From the NCBI RefSeq assembly GCF_964213995.1, contig NC_135804.1:26846001-26910000 (forward strand): 64,000 bases of DNA, in the 5' to 3' direction. The first letter of the stretch is position 1; each line of letters starts with the position of its first letter. This document shows, in pieces, positions 39,030-49,157 of the stretch. The notes beneath the pieces are model-generated. The model did not search any database. It saw only the letters and a program-made list of their open reading frames with translations, and was not told where the DNA came from. The translations under genes and the position numbers were made by a program. This DNA comes from Mustelus asterias (lineage: Eukaryota).

Positions 39030-42000
39030 AGTGAGAACAGGAATCGGTGGAGAATGAATGCGTGGCTGAGGGACTGGAGCAAGGGACAAGGATTTGGGTA
39101 CTTGGATCATTGGGACCTCTTTAGGGGCAGGTGTGACCTGTTTAAAAAAGACGGGTGGCACTTGAATCCCAGGGGGACCAATATCCTGGCGGGAAGGTTG
39201 GCTAAGGCTACTGGAGAGACTTTAAACTAGAAAGGTTGGGGGGAGGGAATCGAAATGAGGGGACTGAGAGCGAGGAGGTTAGCTCGCAAATAGATAAGGA
39301 ATGTAAACAGGGTAAGAGGGAGGTTAGACGAGTGATGGAGAAGGGAAGTGCTCAGGCTGAAGGTCTGAGATGTGTCTATTTTAATGCCAGGAGTGTAGTG
39401 AATAAAGTGGATGAGCTTAGAGCGTGGATTGCTGCTTCGAATTGTGATGTGGTGGCCATTACGGAGACTTGGATGTCTCAGGGACAGGACTGGGTGCTTC
39501 AGGTGCCGGGTTTTAGATGTTTCAAGAAGGACAGGGAGGGAGGCAAGAGAGGGGGGGGAGTGGCACTGTTGATCAGGGATAGTGTCACGGCTGTAGAGAA
39601 GGTGGACGCCGTGGAGGGATTGACTACGGAGTCTCTGTGGGTGGAGGTTAGGAACAGGAAGGGGTCGGTAACGTTGCTGGGTGTTTTCTATAGGCCGCCC
39701 AATAGTAACAGAGATGTTGAGGAGCAGATGGGGAAACAGATCCTGGAGAGATGTAGGAATAACAGAGTTGTCATGATGGGAGATTTTAATTTCCCAAACA
39801 TAGATTGGAATATCCCTAGGGCTAGGGGTTTGGATGGAGAGGAGTTTGTTAGGTGTGTCCAGGAGAGTTTCCTGACACAGTATGTGGATAAGCCTACTAG
39901 AGGAGAGGCTGTACTTGATCTGGTGCTGGCTAATGAACCTGGACAGGTGGAGGATCTCTCGGTGGGTGAGCATCTTGGGGATAGCGATCATAATTCTATC
40001 TCCTTCACGATAGCATTGGAAAGAGATAGGATCAGGCAGGCTAGGAAAGTGTTTCTCTGGAGTAAAGGGAAATACAGTGTCATCAGGGAGGAAATTAGAC
40101 GGGTAAATTGGAAGGAGGCATTCTTGGGGAAAAGTACCGAAGGAAAGTGGAGGATTTTCAAGGAATGTTTGTCTGGAGCTCTGCATGACAACGTTCCGAT
40201 GAGACAGGGGGGTGTTGGTAGGGTACGGGAACCGTGGTGCACGAAGGTTGTGATGAACCTGGTGAATAAGAAAAGAGAGGCGTACAGAAGGTTCAGAGAG
40301 CTAGGAGGTGTTAAGGATTTAGAGGAGTATACGGGATGTAGGAAGGAGCTTAAGAAGGAAATTAGGAGAGCGAGAAGGGGTCATGAGAAGGCCTTGGCGG
40401 GTAAGATTAAGGAGAATCCCAAGGCTTTCTACAAATATGTCAAGAGTAAAAGGATGAGATGTGAAGGCATAGGACCCTTAAAAGGTGAAGGGGGAAAAGT
40501 TTGTGCGGAACCGTTAGAAATGGCGGAGCTGCTTAATGAATACTTTACCTCGGTATTCACGGTGGAAAGGGATCTGGGTGGTTGTACTGCTGGTTTGCAG
40601 TGGACAGAAAGGATCGAGCATGTGGACATAAAGAAAGAGGATGTGTTGGAACTATTGAATGGCATCAAGGTTGGTAAGTCGCCGGGACCGGATGGGATGT
40701 ACCCCAGGTTACTGTGGGAGGCGAGGGAGGAGATTGCGGAGCCTTTGGCGATGATCTTTGCATCGTCGATGGAGACGGGAGAGGTTCCGGAGGATTGGAG
40801 GATTGCAGATGTGGTCCCTATATTCAAGAAAGGGAACAGGGACAGCCCGGGAAATTACCGACCGGTGAGTCTAACCTCAGTGGTTGGTAAGTTGATGGAG
40901 AGGATCCTGAGAGACAGGATTTATGATCATCTAGAGAAGTTTAGTATGATCAAAAGTAGTCAGCAGGGCTTTGTCAAGGGCAGGTCGTGCCTTACGAGCC
41001 TGGTTGAGTTCTTTGAAAATGTGACCAAACACATTGACGAAGGAAGAGCGGTGGATGTGGTCTATATGGACTTCAGCAAGGCGTTCGATAAGGTCCCCCA
41101 TGCAAGACTTCTCGAGAAAGTGAGAGGGCATGGGATCCAAGGGGCTGTTGCCTTGTGGATCCAGAACTGGCTTGCCTGCAGAAGGCAGAGAGTGGCTGTG
41201 GAGGGGTCTTTCTCTGCATGGAGGTCAGTGACCAGTGGAGTGCCCCAGGGATCTGTTCTGGGACCCTTGCTGTTTGTCATTTTCATAAATGACCTGGATG
41301 AGGAAGTGGAGGGATGGGTTGGTAAGTTTGCTGACGACACCAAGGTAGGTGGTGTTGTGGATAGTTTGGAGGGATGTCAGAAGTTGCAGCGAGACATAGA
41401 TAGAATGCAAGACTGGGCGGAGAAGTGGCAGATGGACTTCAACCCGGATAAGTGTGTGGTGATCCATTTTGGCAGATCCAATGGGATGAAGCAGCAGTAT
41501 AATATGAAGGGTACCATTCTTAGCAGTGTAGAGGATCAGAAGGACCTTGGGGTCCGGGTCCATAGGACTCTTAAATCGGCCTCGCAGGTGGAGGATGCGG
41601 TCAAGAAGGCGTACGGCGTACTGGCCTTCATTAATCGAGGGATTGAGTTTAGGAGTCGGGAGATAATGCTGCAGCTTTATAGGACCCTGGTTAGACCCCA
41701 CTTGGAGTACTGCGCGCAGTTCTGGTCACCTCATTACAGGAAAGATGTTGAAGCCATTGAAAGGGTGCAGAGGAGATTTACAAGGATGTTGCCTGGATTG
41801 GGGGGCATGCCTTATGAGGATAGGTTGAGGGAGCTTGGTCTCTTCTCCCTGGAGAGACGAAGGATGAGAGGTGACCTGATAGAGGTTTACAAGATGTTGA
41901 GAGGTCTGGATAGGGTAGACTCTCAGAGGCTATTTCCAAGGGCTGAAATGGTTGCTACGAGAGGACACAGGTTTAAGGTGCTGGGGGGTAGGTACAGAGG

Positions 42001-42226
42001 AGATGTCAGGGGTAAGTTTTTCACTCAGAGGGTGGTGGGTGAGTGGAATCGGCTGACGTCGGTGGTGGTGGAGGCAAACTCGTTGGGGTCTTTTAAGAGA
42101 CTTCTGGATGAGTACATGGGATTTAATGGGATTGAGGGCTATAGATAGGCCTAGAGGTGGGGATGTGATCGGCGCAACTTGTGGGCCGAAGGGCCTGTTT
42201 GTGCTGTGGCTTTCTATGTTCTATGT
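39030..42226 (+). mobile_element. CR1 LINE, 5'-truncated within ORF1 (SGNH esterase-like end), intact ORF2, (TTCTATG)n tail
   Basis: ORF1 end MNAWLRDW..DGWHLN..G; ORF2 with APE and RT; CR1 3' end GGGCCGAAGGGCCTG..TTCTATGTTCTATG. Confidence 0.95.
39236..42148 (+). CDS. CR1 ORF2: apurinic-type endonuclease + reverse transcriptase, 970 aa open
   Basis: YFNARS, ITETW, GDFN, SDH (APE); [19 protein letters not shown] (RT). Confidence 0.92.
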   Translation: MGGGNRNEGTESEEVSSQIDKECKQGKREVRRVMEKGSAQAEGLRCVYFNARSVVNKVDELRAWIAASNCDVVAITETWMSQGQDWVLQVPGFRCFKKDREGGKRGGGVALLIRDSVTAVEKVDAVEGLTTESLWVEVRNRKGSVTLLGVFYRPPNSNRDVEEQMGKQILERCRNNRVVMMGDFNFPNIDWNIPRARGLDGEEFVRCVQESFLTQYVDKPTRGEAVLDLVLANEPGQVEDLSVGEHLGDSDHNSISFTIALERDRIRQARKVFLWSKGKYSVIREEIRRVNWKEAFLGKSTEGKWRIFKECLSGALHDNVPMRQGGVGRVREPWCTKVVMNLVNKKREAYRRFRELGGVKDLEEYTGCRKELKKEIRRARRGHEKALAGKIKENPKAFYKYVKSKRMRCEGIGPLKGEGGKVCAEPLEMAELLNEYFTSVFTVERDLGGCTAGLQWTERIEHVDIKKEDVLELLNGIKVGKSPGPDGMYPRLLWEAREEIAEPLAMIFASSMETGEVPEDWRIADVVPIFKKGNRDSPGNYRPVSLTSVVGKLMERILRDRIYDHLEKFSMIKSSQQGFVKGRSCLTSLVEFFENVTKHIDEGRAVDVVYMDFSKAFDKVPHARLLEKVRGHGIQGAVALWIQNWLACRRQRVAVEGSFSAWRSVTSGVPQGSVLGPLLFVIFINDLDEEVEGWVGKFADDTKVGGVVDSLEGCQKLQRDIDRMQDWAEKWQMDFNPDKCVVIHFGRSNGMKQQYNMKGTILSSVEDQKDLGVRVHRTLKSASQVEDAVKKAYGVLAFINRGIEFRSREIMLQLYRTLVRPHLEYCAQFWSPHYRKDVEAIERVQRRFTRMLPGLGGMPYEDRLRELGLFSLERRRMRGDLIEVYKMLRGLDRVDSQRLFPRAEMVATRGHRFKVLGGRYRGDVRGKFFTQRVVGEWNRLTSVVVEANSLGSFKRLLDEYMGFNGIEGYR

Positions 42227-42480
42227 TATTACTACACTGCGTTTGCCTCAGTAGCTAACATGAGCCATGTCAAAGAATCATAGAATCCCGATAGTGCAGA
42301 AGAGGCCATTTGGCCCATCGAGTCTGCACCGAATCTCTGACAGACCCTCTCCTCCACCCTACCCCCGTAACCCCACACAGTTCTCATGACTAGTGCATAC
42401 ACCCCACAAATCTTGGGACACTAAGGGGCAATTTAGCATGGCCAATCCACTTAACCTGCATATCTCTGGACTGTGAGGGG

Positions 42481-42627
42481 TTAATTCCCACTCACCTGAA
42501 GAAGGGGCTTAGAGCTTCGAAAGCTTGTGTGGCTTTTGCTACCAAATAAACCTGTTGGACTTTAACCTGGTGCTGTTAAACTTCTTACTGTGTTTACCCC
42601 AGTCCAACGCCGGCATCTCCACATCAT
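42481..42627 (+). mobile_element. Short Penelope 3' terminal insertion inside an HE1 SINE
   Basis: Ends CCGGCATCTCCACATCAT; TSD GACTGTGAGGGG at 42469-42480 / 42628-42639. Confidence 0.8.
42493..42529 (+). ncRNA. Minimal type I hammerhead ribozyme (PLE type)
   Basis: CAC-CTGAAGA-A-GGGGCT/TAG/AGCTTC-GAAA-GCTT^-GTG; palindromic AAGCTT stem III. Confidence 0.75.
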
Positions 42628-44003
42628 GACTGTGAGGGGAAACCAGAGCACCTGGAGGAAACTCATACAGACACAGGGAGAAAGTACAAACTCCACACAA
42701 ACAGTCACCCAAGGTACTGGTAGCACAGGGGCGGCACGGTAGCACAGTGGTTGGGGCGGCACGGTAGCACAGTGGTTAGCACTGCTGCTTCACAGCTCCA
42801 GGGACCTGGGTTTGATTCCCGGCTTGGGTCACTGTCTGTGTGGAGTTTTCACATTCTCCTCGTGTCTGCGTGGGTTTCCTCCAGGTGCTCCGGTTTCCTC
42901 CCACAGTCCAAAGATGTGCGGGTTAGGTTGATTGGCCATGCTAAAATTGCCCCTTAGTGTCCCGAGATGCGTAGGTTAGAGGGATTAGTGGGTAAATATG
43001 TAGGGATATGGGGGTAGGGCCTGGGTGGGATTGTGGTCGGTGCAGACTCGATGGGCCGAATGGCCTCTTTCTGTACTGTAGGGTTTCTATGACTTCTATG
43101 AAGGGTAGAATTGAACCCGGGTCCCTGATACGGTGAGGCTGCAGTACTAACCACTCTGCCACCTGGGGTCCCATTAACAGAGTAGTTTTTATTTATCTGA
43201 CAGATGCTCCACAATAGTCCATCATATACAAACCAAAAAACATTGTAGTTTTTGGACGTGACATATCTTTCAACGCAGGTCAACAACATCCTGATACACT
43301 AAGACAAAACGTTTAGGCTGACAAAATCCCAGGTTAAATACAGATGCAAACACAGAATTTTTAAAATAATTGAAATGGAGAGGATGTGTACTAAAAAAAG
43401 GAAATTTTATTGGTATATTTAATTTTAGCACATTAATAAGATGCCAACTTCCCACAACAACAAGAAAACAATGGGCCTAAAAGTTGCTTCGAAAAAACAC
43501 AGGTGTATAAAGATTTGAAATCATTTTCTTCAGCTATTCATGAGTAGAATGAGCTACTGCTATGATGTCCATTTAAATGTCTGCTAGCTGTCCACAAGTG
43601 CTGCTGGCATTAAAACAAAATTCTTACATATTTAATGTAAGAATTTAATGTATTTAAAAATGCTCAGATGTTGCACAGTGCATTGGAAACCAGTGTTGTG
43701 CCAGGAAATAATAGAATACAGCTCAGGATTTCCACAAGCCTAGAATGTCAGCCATATCTTTGTGAGACAAAGCTAGAGCAGACGACAAGCCAGGGTCAGG
43801 GCAAGAGAGAATTGGAAGCTATCTCAACATTGCAACCAGATTTTTAAAAAGCCATTTTTCCAGCATCCTTTTCTTTATATTTAAAGAGGCCATGTATTCC
43901 CTGTTGCTTTTAATACATTTTTATGTCAAACATATAAATCACATTCAAATGTTTGATGGTGAAATGAGCTGAAATCTTTTAACTTTATGACTCAAAAGAA
44001 AGA

Positions 44004-44186
44004 AAGAGTTTTAACAACACCAGGTTAAAGTCCAACAGGTTTATTTGGTAGCAAATGTCGTCAGCTGACGAAGGAGCTGGGCTCCGAAAGCGAATGGCAT
44101 TTGCTACCAAATAAACCTGTTGGACTTTAACCTGGTGTTGTTAAAACTCTTACTGTGTTTACCCCAACGCCGGCATCTCCACATCA
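44004..44186 (+). mobile_element. Penelope-derived fold-back insertion with a hammerhead core in the loop
   Basis: Inverted arms around CTGACGA-A-GGAGC/TGG/GCTCC-GAAA; flanking TCAAAAGAAA repeat. Confidence 0.8.
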
Positions 44187-44502
44187 AAAGAAATACAGGG
44201 TTCAACTTGTCATTGACCCTGTTTATGCTGATTTATATGCATTTTGGGGACAATGTTCCCAAATGATTGCAGCATGCATATCTACACTGCTGAATATTCT
44301 AACTTTATTTTATTTAGTGAGCAGACCACTTTACAAGGATCAAAAAGAAATGATAGGAAGCAGACAGCATAGGGAAAATTAAAGAACAGGCTAGTTTTAG
44401 AGTGTTTATGGTACAATTATCAAAATGGAATATAATTATAACTACATTATTCATCAAATCCACAAACCAGTGATACTAGGGTAATAAACATAGCCCTCTG
44501 TC

Positions 44503-45210
44503 ATGCCGGAATCTGCGGTTTATCCTACCTCGGAGAGACCAAATGCAGACTGGGTGACCACTTTGCTGAACACCTCTGGTCCATCCGTAAGCAGGACCCA
44601 GATCTTACTGTCACTTGCCACTTCAACACACCACCCTGCTCTCCTGTCCACATGTCCGTCCTTGGCCTTTTGCAATGTTCCACCGAACCCCAATGTAAAC
44701 TGGAGGAACAGCACCTCATCTTTCAATTGGGCACTTTACAGCCTCCTGGACTGAACATCGAGTTCAACAACTTCAGAGCATGAACTCTGTCCTCCACCTT
44801 CACTCCATTTCCATTTATTTTATTTCATCCTGTTTCTTCTTTTCATCCATTTTATCATCCTTCTTTCTCCCTGCCATTTTCCACTTCTCCATTCCAGCTC
44901 TCCTCCTTGCCCCCTCCTTCAGGGCAACTGTTGTAATCCCCTGGCAGTCCTTTAAACATCTGTACCTGTTCTGCCATTCACCATTCCAATCACTTAATGG
45001 ACACTTTTATCGCCTTCCCAGCCTTCTGCACCCTCATTTACATTCCCTTTGTTTCTCCCCCCCATCCCCCCACTCATAGTATAAATCTCTGCTGATCCTC
45101 TTTGCTTTCAGCTCTGATGAAGGGTCATCTAGACTCGAAACGTTGGCTCTATTCTCTCCCCACAGATGCTGTCAGAGCTGCTGAGATTTTCTAGCATGTT
45201 CTTTTTTTGT
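44503..45210 (+). mobile_element. 5'-truncated Penelope-like element: GIY-YIG C-terminus + 3' UTR with hammerhead ribozyme
   Basis: CGLSYLGETKCRLGDHFAEH...HF...KLEEQHLIFQLGTLQPPGLN; 13-bp TSD ATAGCCCTYTGTC at 44490-44502 / 45211-45223. Confidence 0.88.
45110..45148 (+). ncRNA. Minimal type I hammerhead ribozyme (PLE type)
   Basis: AGCT-CTGATGA-A-GGGTC/ATCTA/GACTC-GAAA-CGTT^-GGCT: stems I and II pair; palindromic stem III AACGTT. Confidence 0.8.
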
Positions 45211-45657
45211 ATAGCCCTTTGTCTGTTGAGATTGAATGCACAGCTGATAGCAGGTAGGATACTTAGACATCTTCAGATGCAGTAATATGGAGTTCTAACC
45301 TGTTAAGAGATTAAATAAGCCACTAATCAGGTTTATAAACCAACTGTCAGTCTATATTTGTCTATGTTTGTTTTAAAAAAAAGCAATTCATGATATTTAT
45401 AACAAATCTCCTGAGTTTTACGAGATGGTGGGGGTGGCATGCCTGCCGCTGGGACAGGCTGATGCCAAAAGTGCAATTGGTGCCATAACCTATAAACTTT
45501 TAAATGCTGATTGTATTGTTATATCATATATTTACAAAGAAAGAGAATGCAAACAATCCAGCCCAACCAGAAGGCAAATGGAATGTTAGGCATTATTACA
45601 AGGGGAGTTTACCCAGCACTTCGTTTTTGTTTCAGATTTTGGCATCCAACCTTGCCG

Positions 45658-45942
45658 CACTGCTGCCTCACAGCGCCAAGGACCCAGGTTTGATTCCTGG
45701 CTGGGGTCACTATCTGTGTGGAGTTTGCACCTTCACCCCATGTCTTCCTCCGGGTGCTCTGGTTTCCTCCCACAATCCAAAGATGTGCGGGTTAGGTGGA
45801 ATGGCTATGCTAAATTGCCCCTTAGTGTCAGGGGGACTAGCTAGGGTGAATGCATGGGGTTATGGGAATATGGCCTGGGTGGGATTGTGGTCAGGTGCAG
45901 ACTCGTTGGGTCAAATGGCCTCCTTCTGCACTGTAGCATTCT
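45658..45942 (+). mobile_element. HE1-type SINE, tail A
   Basis: Head, V-domain and tail A. Confidence 0.8.
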
Positions 45943-47199
45943 ACCCGCAGTATTTTGCTTTGATAAAAGTAGGGATGTTTTGCTGCACCTGTACAGGGGC
46001 TAGGTGAGACCATGTCGCGAATACTGCATATAGTTCAGGTCTCTGTTTGAAAAAAAGACATAGTTGGTTCGGAAAAGTTCAGAGAAGATTCACTTGACTT
46101 ATTCCTGGGGGTGAGGGGCTTATCTTTAGAAAGGTTGATCCTATACCCACTGGAGCTTAGAACGATGAGAGGTGATCTTATTGAAACATACAAGATCCTG
46201 GAATAATAGGATAGAAACCAGGAGGATGTTTGCACTAGAACCAAGGGACTGAGTTTAAGATGTACCTAAAAGTGCAGTTTCACTAATAAAGATGAAAGTG
46301 GGTTTGCAACAACAAACTTTGCAGTTTTATAAGGGGAGCATCTCATCATCCGAGTTAATCTGATATTAAGTCACTCGCGACGACTTAAAAAAATTTACAG
46401 AACAATTCCTTGTTTCGCTGGTTAATGCTGATCAGCTTCTTAGCAAATAAAATATTTTGGAATGTATTAAGAAATCCAACTCAGTTCAAACAGCAACAAA
46501 TAAGCAGTTGTGTGTGGGGTTGCTTTTGGCAAAACTATTTTTAAGCCAGCATCAAAGATAACAGAAACTCGATGTAACTGGTGTTTAAATTTCCCTCATG
46601 TTTTGCGTTTGGTGTGACCCATTTAGCATAGATATAGCTGATAAAACTGGCGCAAACTCTATCCAAAATGAAGTCCTTTACATTTGTTCTCATTTACTCG
46701 AAGGCAATGCAATTCCTACAATTACAAAAACAAGGTCAATGAATTTTCCACACGTTTCTTCCTAGTAGAGTCTAGGAAACATGCGGGACAAAAATACTCT
46801 TAAAAGTCACTTGGTACAAATGAGCTGATGATTTAATTTTGAAGTAATAAAGGTCTAATTTGCCTCGTTTAAATGAATAGAATCACATGTTTAGCCAAAA
46901 AAAATTATCGTAAGGTATTGTGAAAACAGTGTAGGATAGCAACCAGTACACAATGACATGTCCACACCGCCTTGAAGATTTTTTTCCAGTCCTGTACAAT
47001 ATCCCATTCTGAACCTCCCACTCTGATTTTTGCGCAACAAAGTAACATCAGACTGAGTGAATGAATTTGGGATTACACAATCGCTACAGTGCAGCCAAGA
47101 GGAGCTGGGCCCAGGGCTGCGGAGACAGGAGGAGGTTACATTGTAGCCCTTGGCTGGGAGGGGATCATTTGTATCATATTCGCTCCGGCCGAGAATCTA

Positions 47200-47930
47200 A
47201 CAATTGCTGCATGGATACATCGCCACAACAGAGAGCGCTCCGACACGGTACCTCATCGTTACGGTGTGAACGGGAGAGAATCCGGACACCGGGGTATATC
47301 AGGCAGCCTGAAGCACTGGATCAGCACAAAGCGACATGTTGTCCGGCTGCGTCTCCCCCACACCAGCCTCACCCAGCCCGCGACAGCGGCCTGAGCCACC
47401 CGGCAGGGCTCCACCAATCCGGGGCCGCACCCTCAGCAACCCACCAATCCGGGGCCGCACCCTCAGCAACCCACCAATCCGGGGCCGCACCCTCAGCAAC
47501 CCACCAATCCGGGGCCGCACCCTCAGCAACCCACCAATCAGAGTCCACACCCTCATCAATCCACCAATCAGAGTCCAGACCCTCAGCAATCCACCAATCA
47601 GAGGCCACACCCTAATCATTCCACCAATCAGAGTCAGCACCCTCAGCAACCCACCAATCCGGGGCCGCACCCTCAGCAACCCACCAATCAGGGTCAGCGC
47701 CCTCAGCAATTCACCAATCAGGAGCCACATCTTCAGGGGGCCCACCAATCAGAGTCCACACTCTCACCAATCCACCAATCAAGATCAGCACCCTCAGCAA
47801 TCCTACCAATCAGAGACCACACCCTCAGCAATCCTACCAATCAGAGACCACACCCTCAGCAATCCACCAATCAGGGCCTGCACCATCAGCAACCCGCCAA
47901 TCAACAAGCTCCGGCCGCAGGGCACCTCAG
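47200..47930 (-). promoter_or_regulatory. CpG-rich putative DEF8 promoter / non-coding first exon
   Basis: Main non-repeat CpG-rich patch upstream of coding exon 1, which has a splice acceptor and so needs an upstream exon; candidate donors CTGG|GTGAGG (~47373) and AG|GTACCG (~47252). Confidence 0.55.
47411..47905 (+). repeat. 30-bp minisatellite, ~17 units, consensus CCACCAATC(A/C)G(A/G)G(T/G)CC(A/G)CACCCTCAGCAA(C/T)
   Basis: Direct reading: first four units identical, later units diverged; each contains CCAAT. Confidence 0.95.
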
Positions 47931-48291
47931 GATACCTGCTGACCCACACAATGCTCCAAGGAATTGGGAAGCTGCAGTTCAGGAGGTACTGATAACATTG
48001 CAGGGAGAATAACTGGGTCAAGAATTCCCAATGTTTATACCTGAGGGAGCCCAATGATGGAAGCAAATTCAATTATCCAAACACATGTAATTCCTTGCTG
48101 AATAGAACACAGCATCTGTTACAAAGAAACGCTCAGCAGGTCAGATAGTATCTGTGGAGAAAAACAATTAACATTTCAGGTGGAGACATCCTTCCATTAG
48201 AACTGTTAGCTCCTTGATGCAATGTTGTGCTGCTGCCTGGAATGGAAGGAACTGGTTGCAAAAACTTGCACTGTGATTTTTACAGCTACAG

Positions 48292-48433
48292 GAACCAAAA
48301 CAGAAAATGCTGGAAAATCTCAACCGATCTGACAGCATCTGTGAAGAGAGAATAGAACCAACATTTTGAGTTGGGATGATCCAGGGTTTTCTGTTTTTGT
48401 TTCAGATTCCAGCATCTGCAGTAATTTGCGTTT
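48292..48433. mobile_element. Penelope fold-back remnant (host of the U2-derived element)
   Basis: AAAACAGAAAATGCTGG... and ...CAGATTCCAGCATCTGCAGTAATTTGC, as in 15602-15700. Confidence 0.65.
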
Positions 48434-48753
48434 CTCGGCCTTTTGGCTAAGATCAAGTGTGGTTATGCCGATGCTGCACTTGGTAGTGGCCATTGAGTTG
48501 CATTTAAGCTTCATATGTTTCATATGAAGCAATTTTTAAAAGCGGTATCTCGGCATTTTGGCTGAGATGCAAATGAGATCAAGCCTTGGAGGAGGAAGAT
48601 CTGCGCCTCCTCCAATCAGCTTGGCTCATGTAGATCAGGCCCAAGACAGGGTAGAGGCTTGCATGCCCTGTCTTGTCAGCCTGGATCGGAAATGTCTCAA
48701 CTTGTTGAGACTATGATTCGGACTTGATTTGATTGTATTGGAAAAGTGTAAAA
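48434..48753 (+). mobile_element. U2 snRNA-headed structured retroposon (SINEU-like) with short A tail and 11-bp TSD
   Basis: 48432-48460 is identical to U2 nt 6-34; flanked by AATTTGCGTTT at 48423-48433 and 48754-48764. Confidence 0.75.
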
Positions 48754-48984
48754 AATTTGCGTTTATCTTATGGTTCCTGTGGATCTTTGCATCACCCTTA
48801 TTCCTCAGATGCATTGTGTCCACTACAACCAAGTAAAAACGTAAATGGCCACTGAAAGTGTCACGTGCTGGTGGCAATGTGCAGTTCACTCAGGGTATGT
48901 GCTTGTGTGCTACCTTTCACCTCTCACAGGCACCACATGCAGCATTGTTTGCAAACCTTTCCAACACTGATACCTTAACAATAA

Positions 48985-49157
48985 TGATGTGGAGATGCCG
49001 GTGTTGGACTGGGGTAAACACAGTAAGGAGTCTAACAACACCAGGTTAAAGTCCAACAGGTTTATTTGGTAGCAAACGCCACTAGCTTTCGGAGGCTAGT
49101 GGCGTTTGCTACCAAATAAACCTGTTGGACTTTAACCTGGCGTTGTTAGACTCCTTA
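48985..49157 (-). mobile_element. Penelope-derived fold-back insertion
   Basis: ~64-bp inverted arms around TTTCGGAG; same terminus GATGTGGAGATGCCGG. Confidence 0.8.

Larger units (their letters stand above)
42276..43165 (-). mobile_element. HE1-type SINE split by a Penelope insertion and by a second, plus-strand HE1 SINE (42719-43100)
   Basis: Minus-strand SINE body 42276-42712 resumes with its head at 43101-43165. Confidence 0.82.

Noticed and set aside
39227-41701. Antisense ORFs over CR1 ORF2 (also over other CR1 copies)
   Set aside because: Shadow frames of the RT ORF with no recognisable domain.
47061-47992. Repetitive ORFs (PPIRGRTLSN)n, (HQSGAAPSAT)n and a CRISPR-like look
   Set aside because: By-products of a 30-bp minisatellite open in several frames; no unique spacers or cas genes; eukaryotic context.
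48432-48460. Functional U2 snRNA gene
   Set aside because: Only nt 6-34 match; no Sm site or 3' stem-loops; flanked by a TSD.
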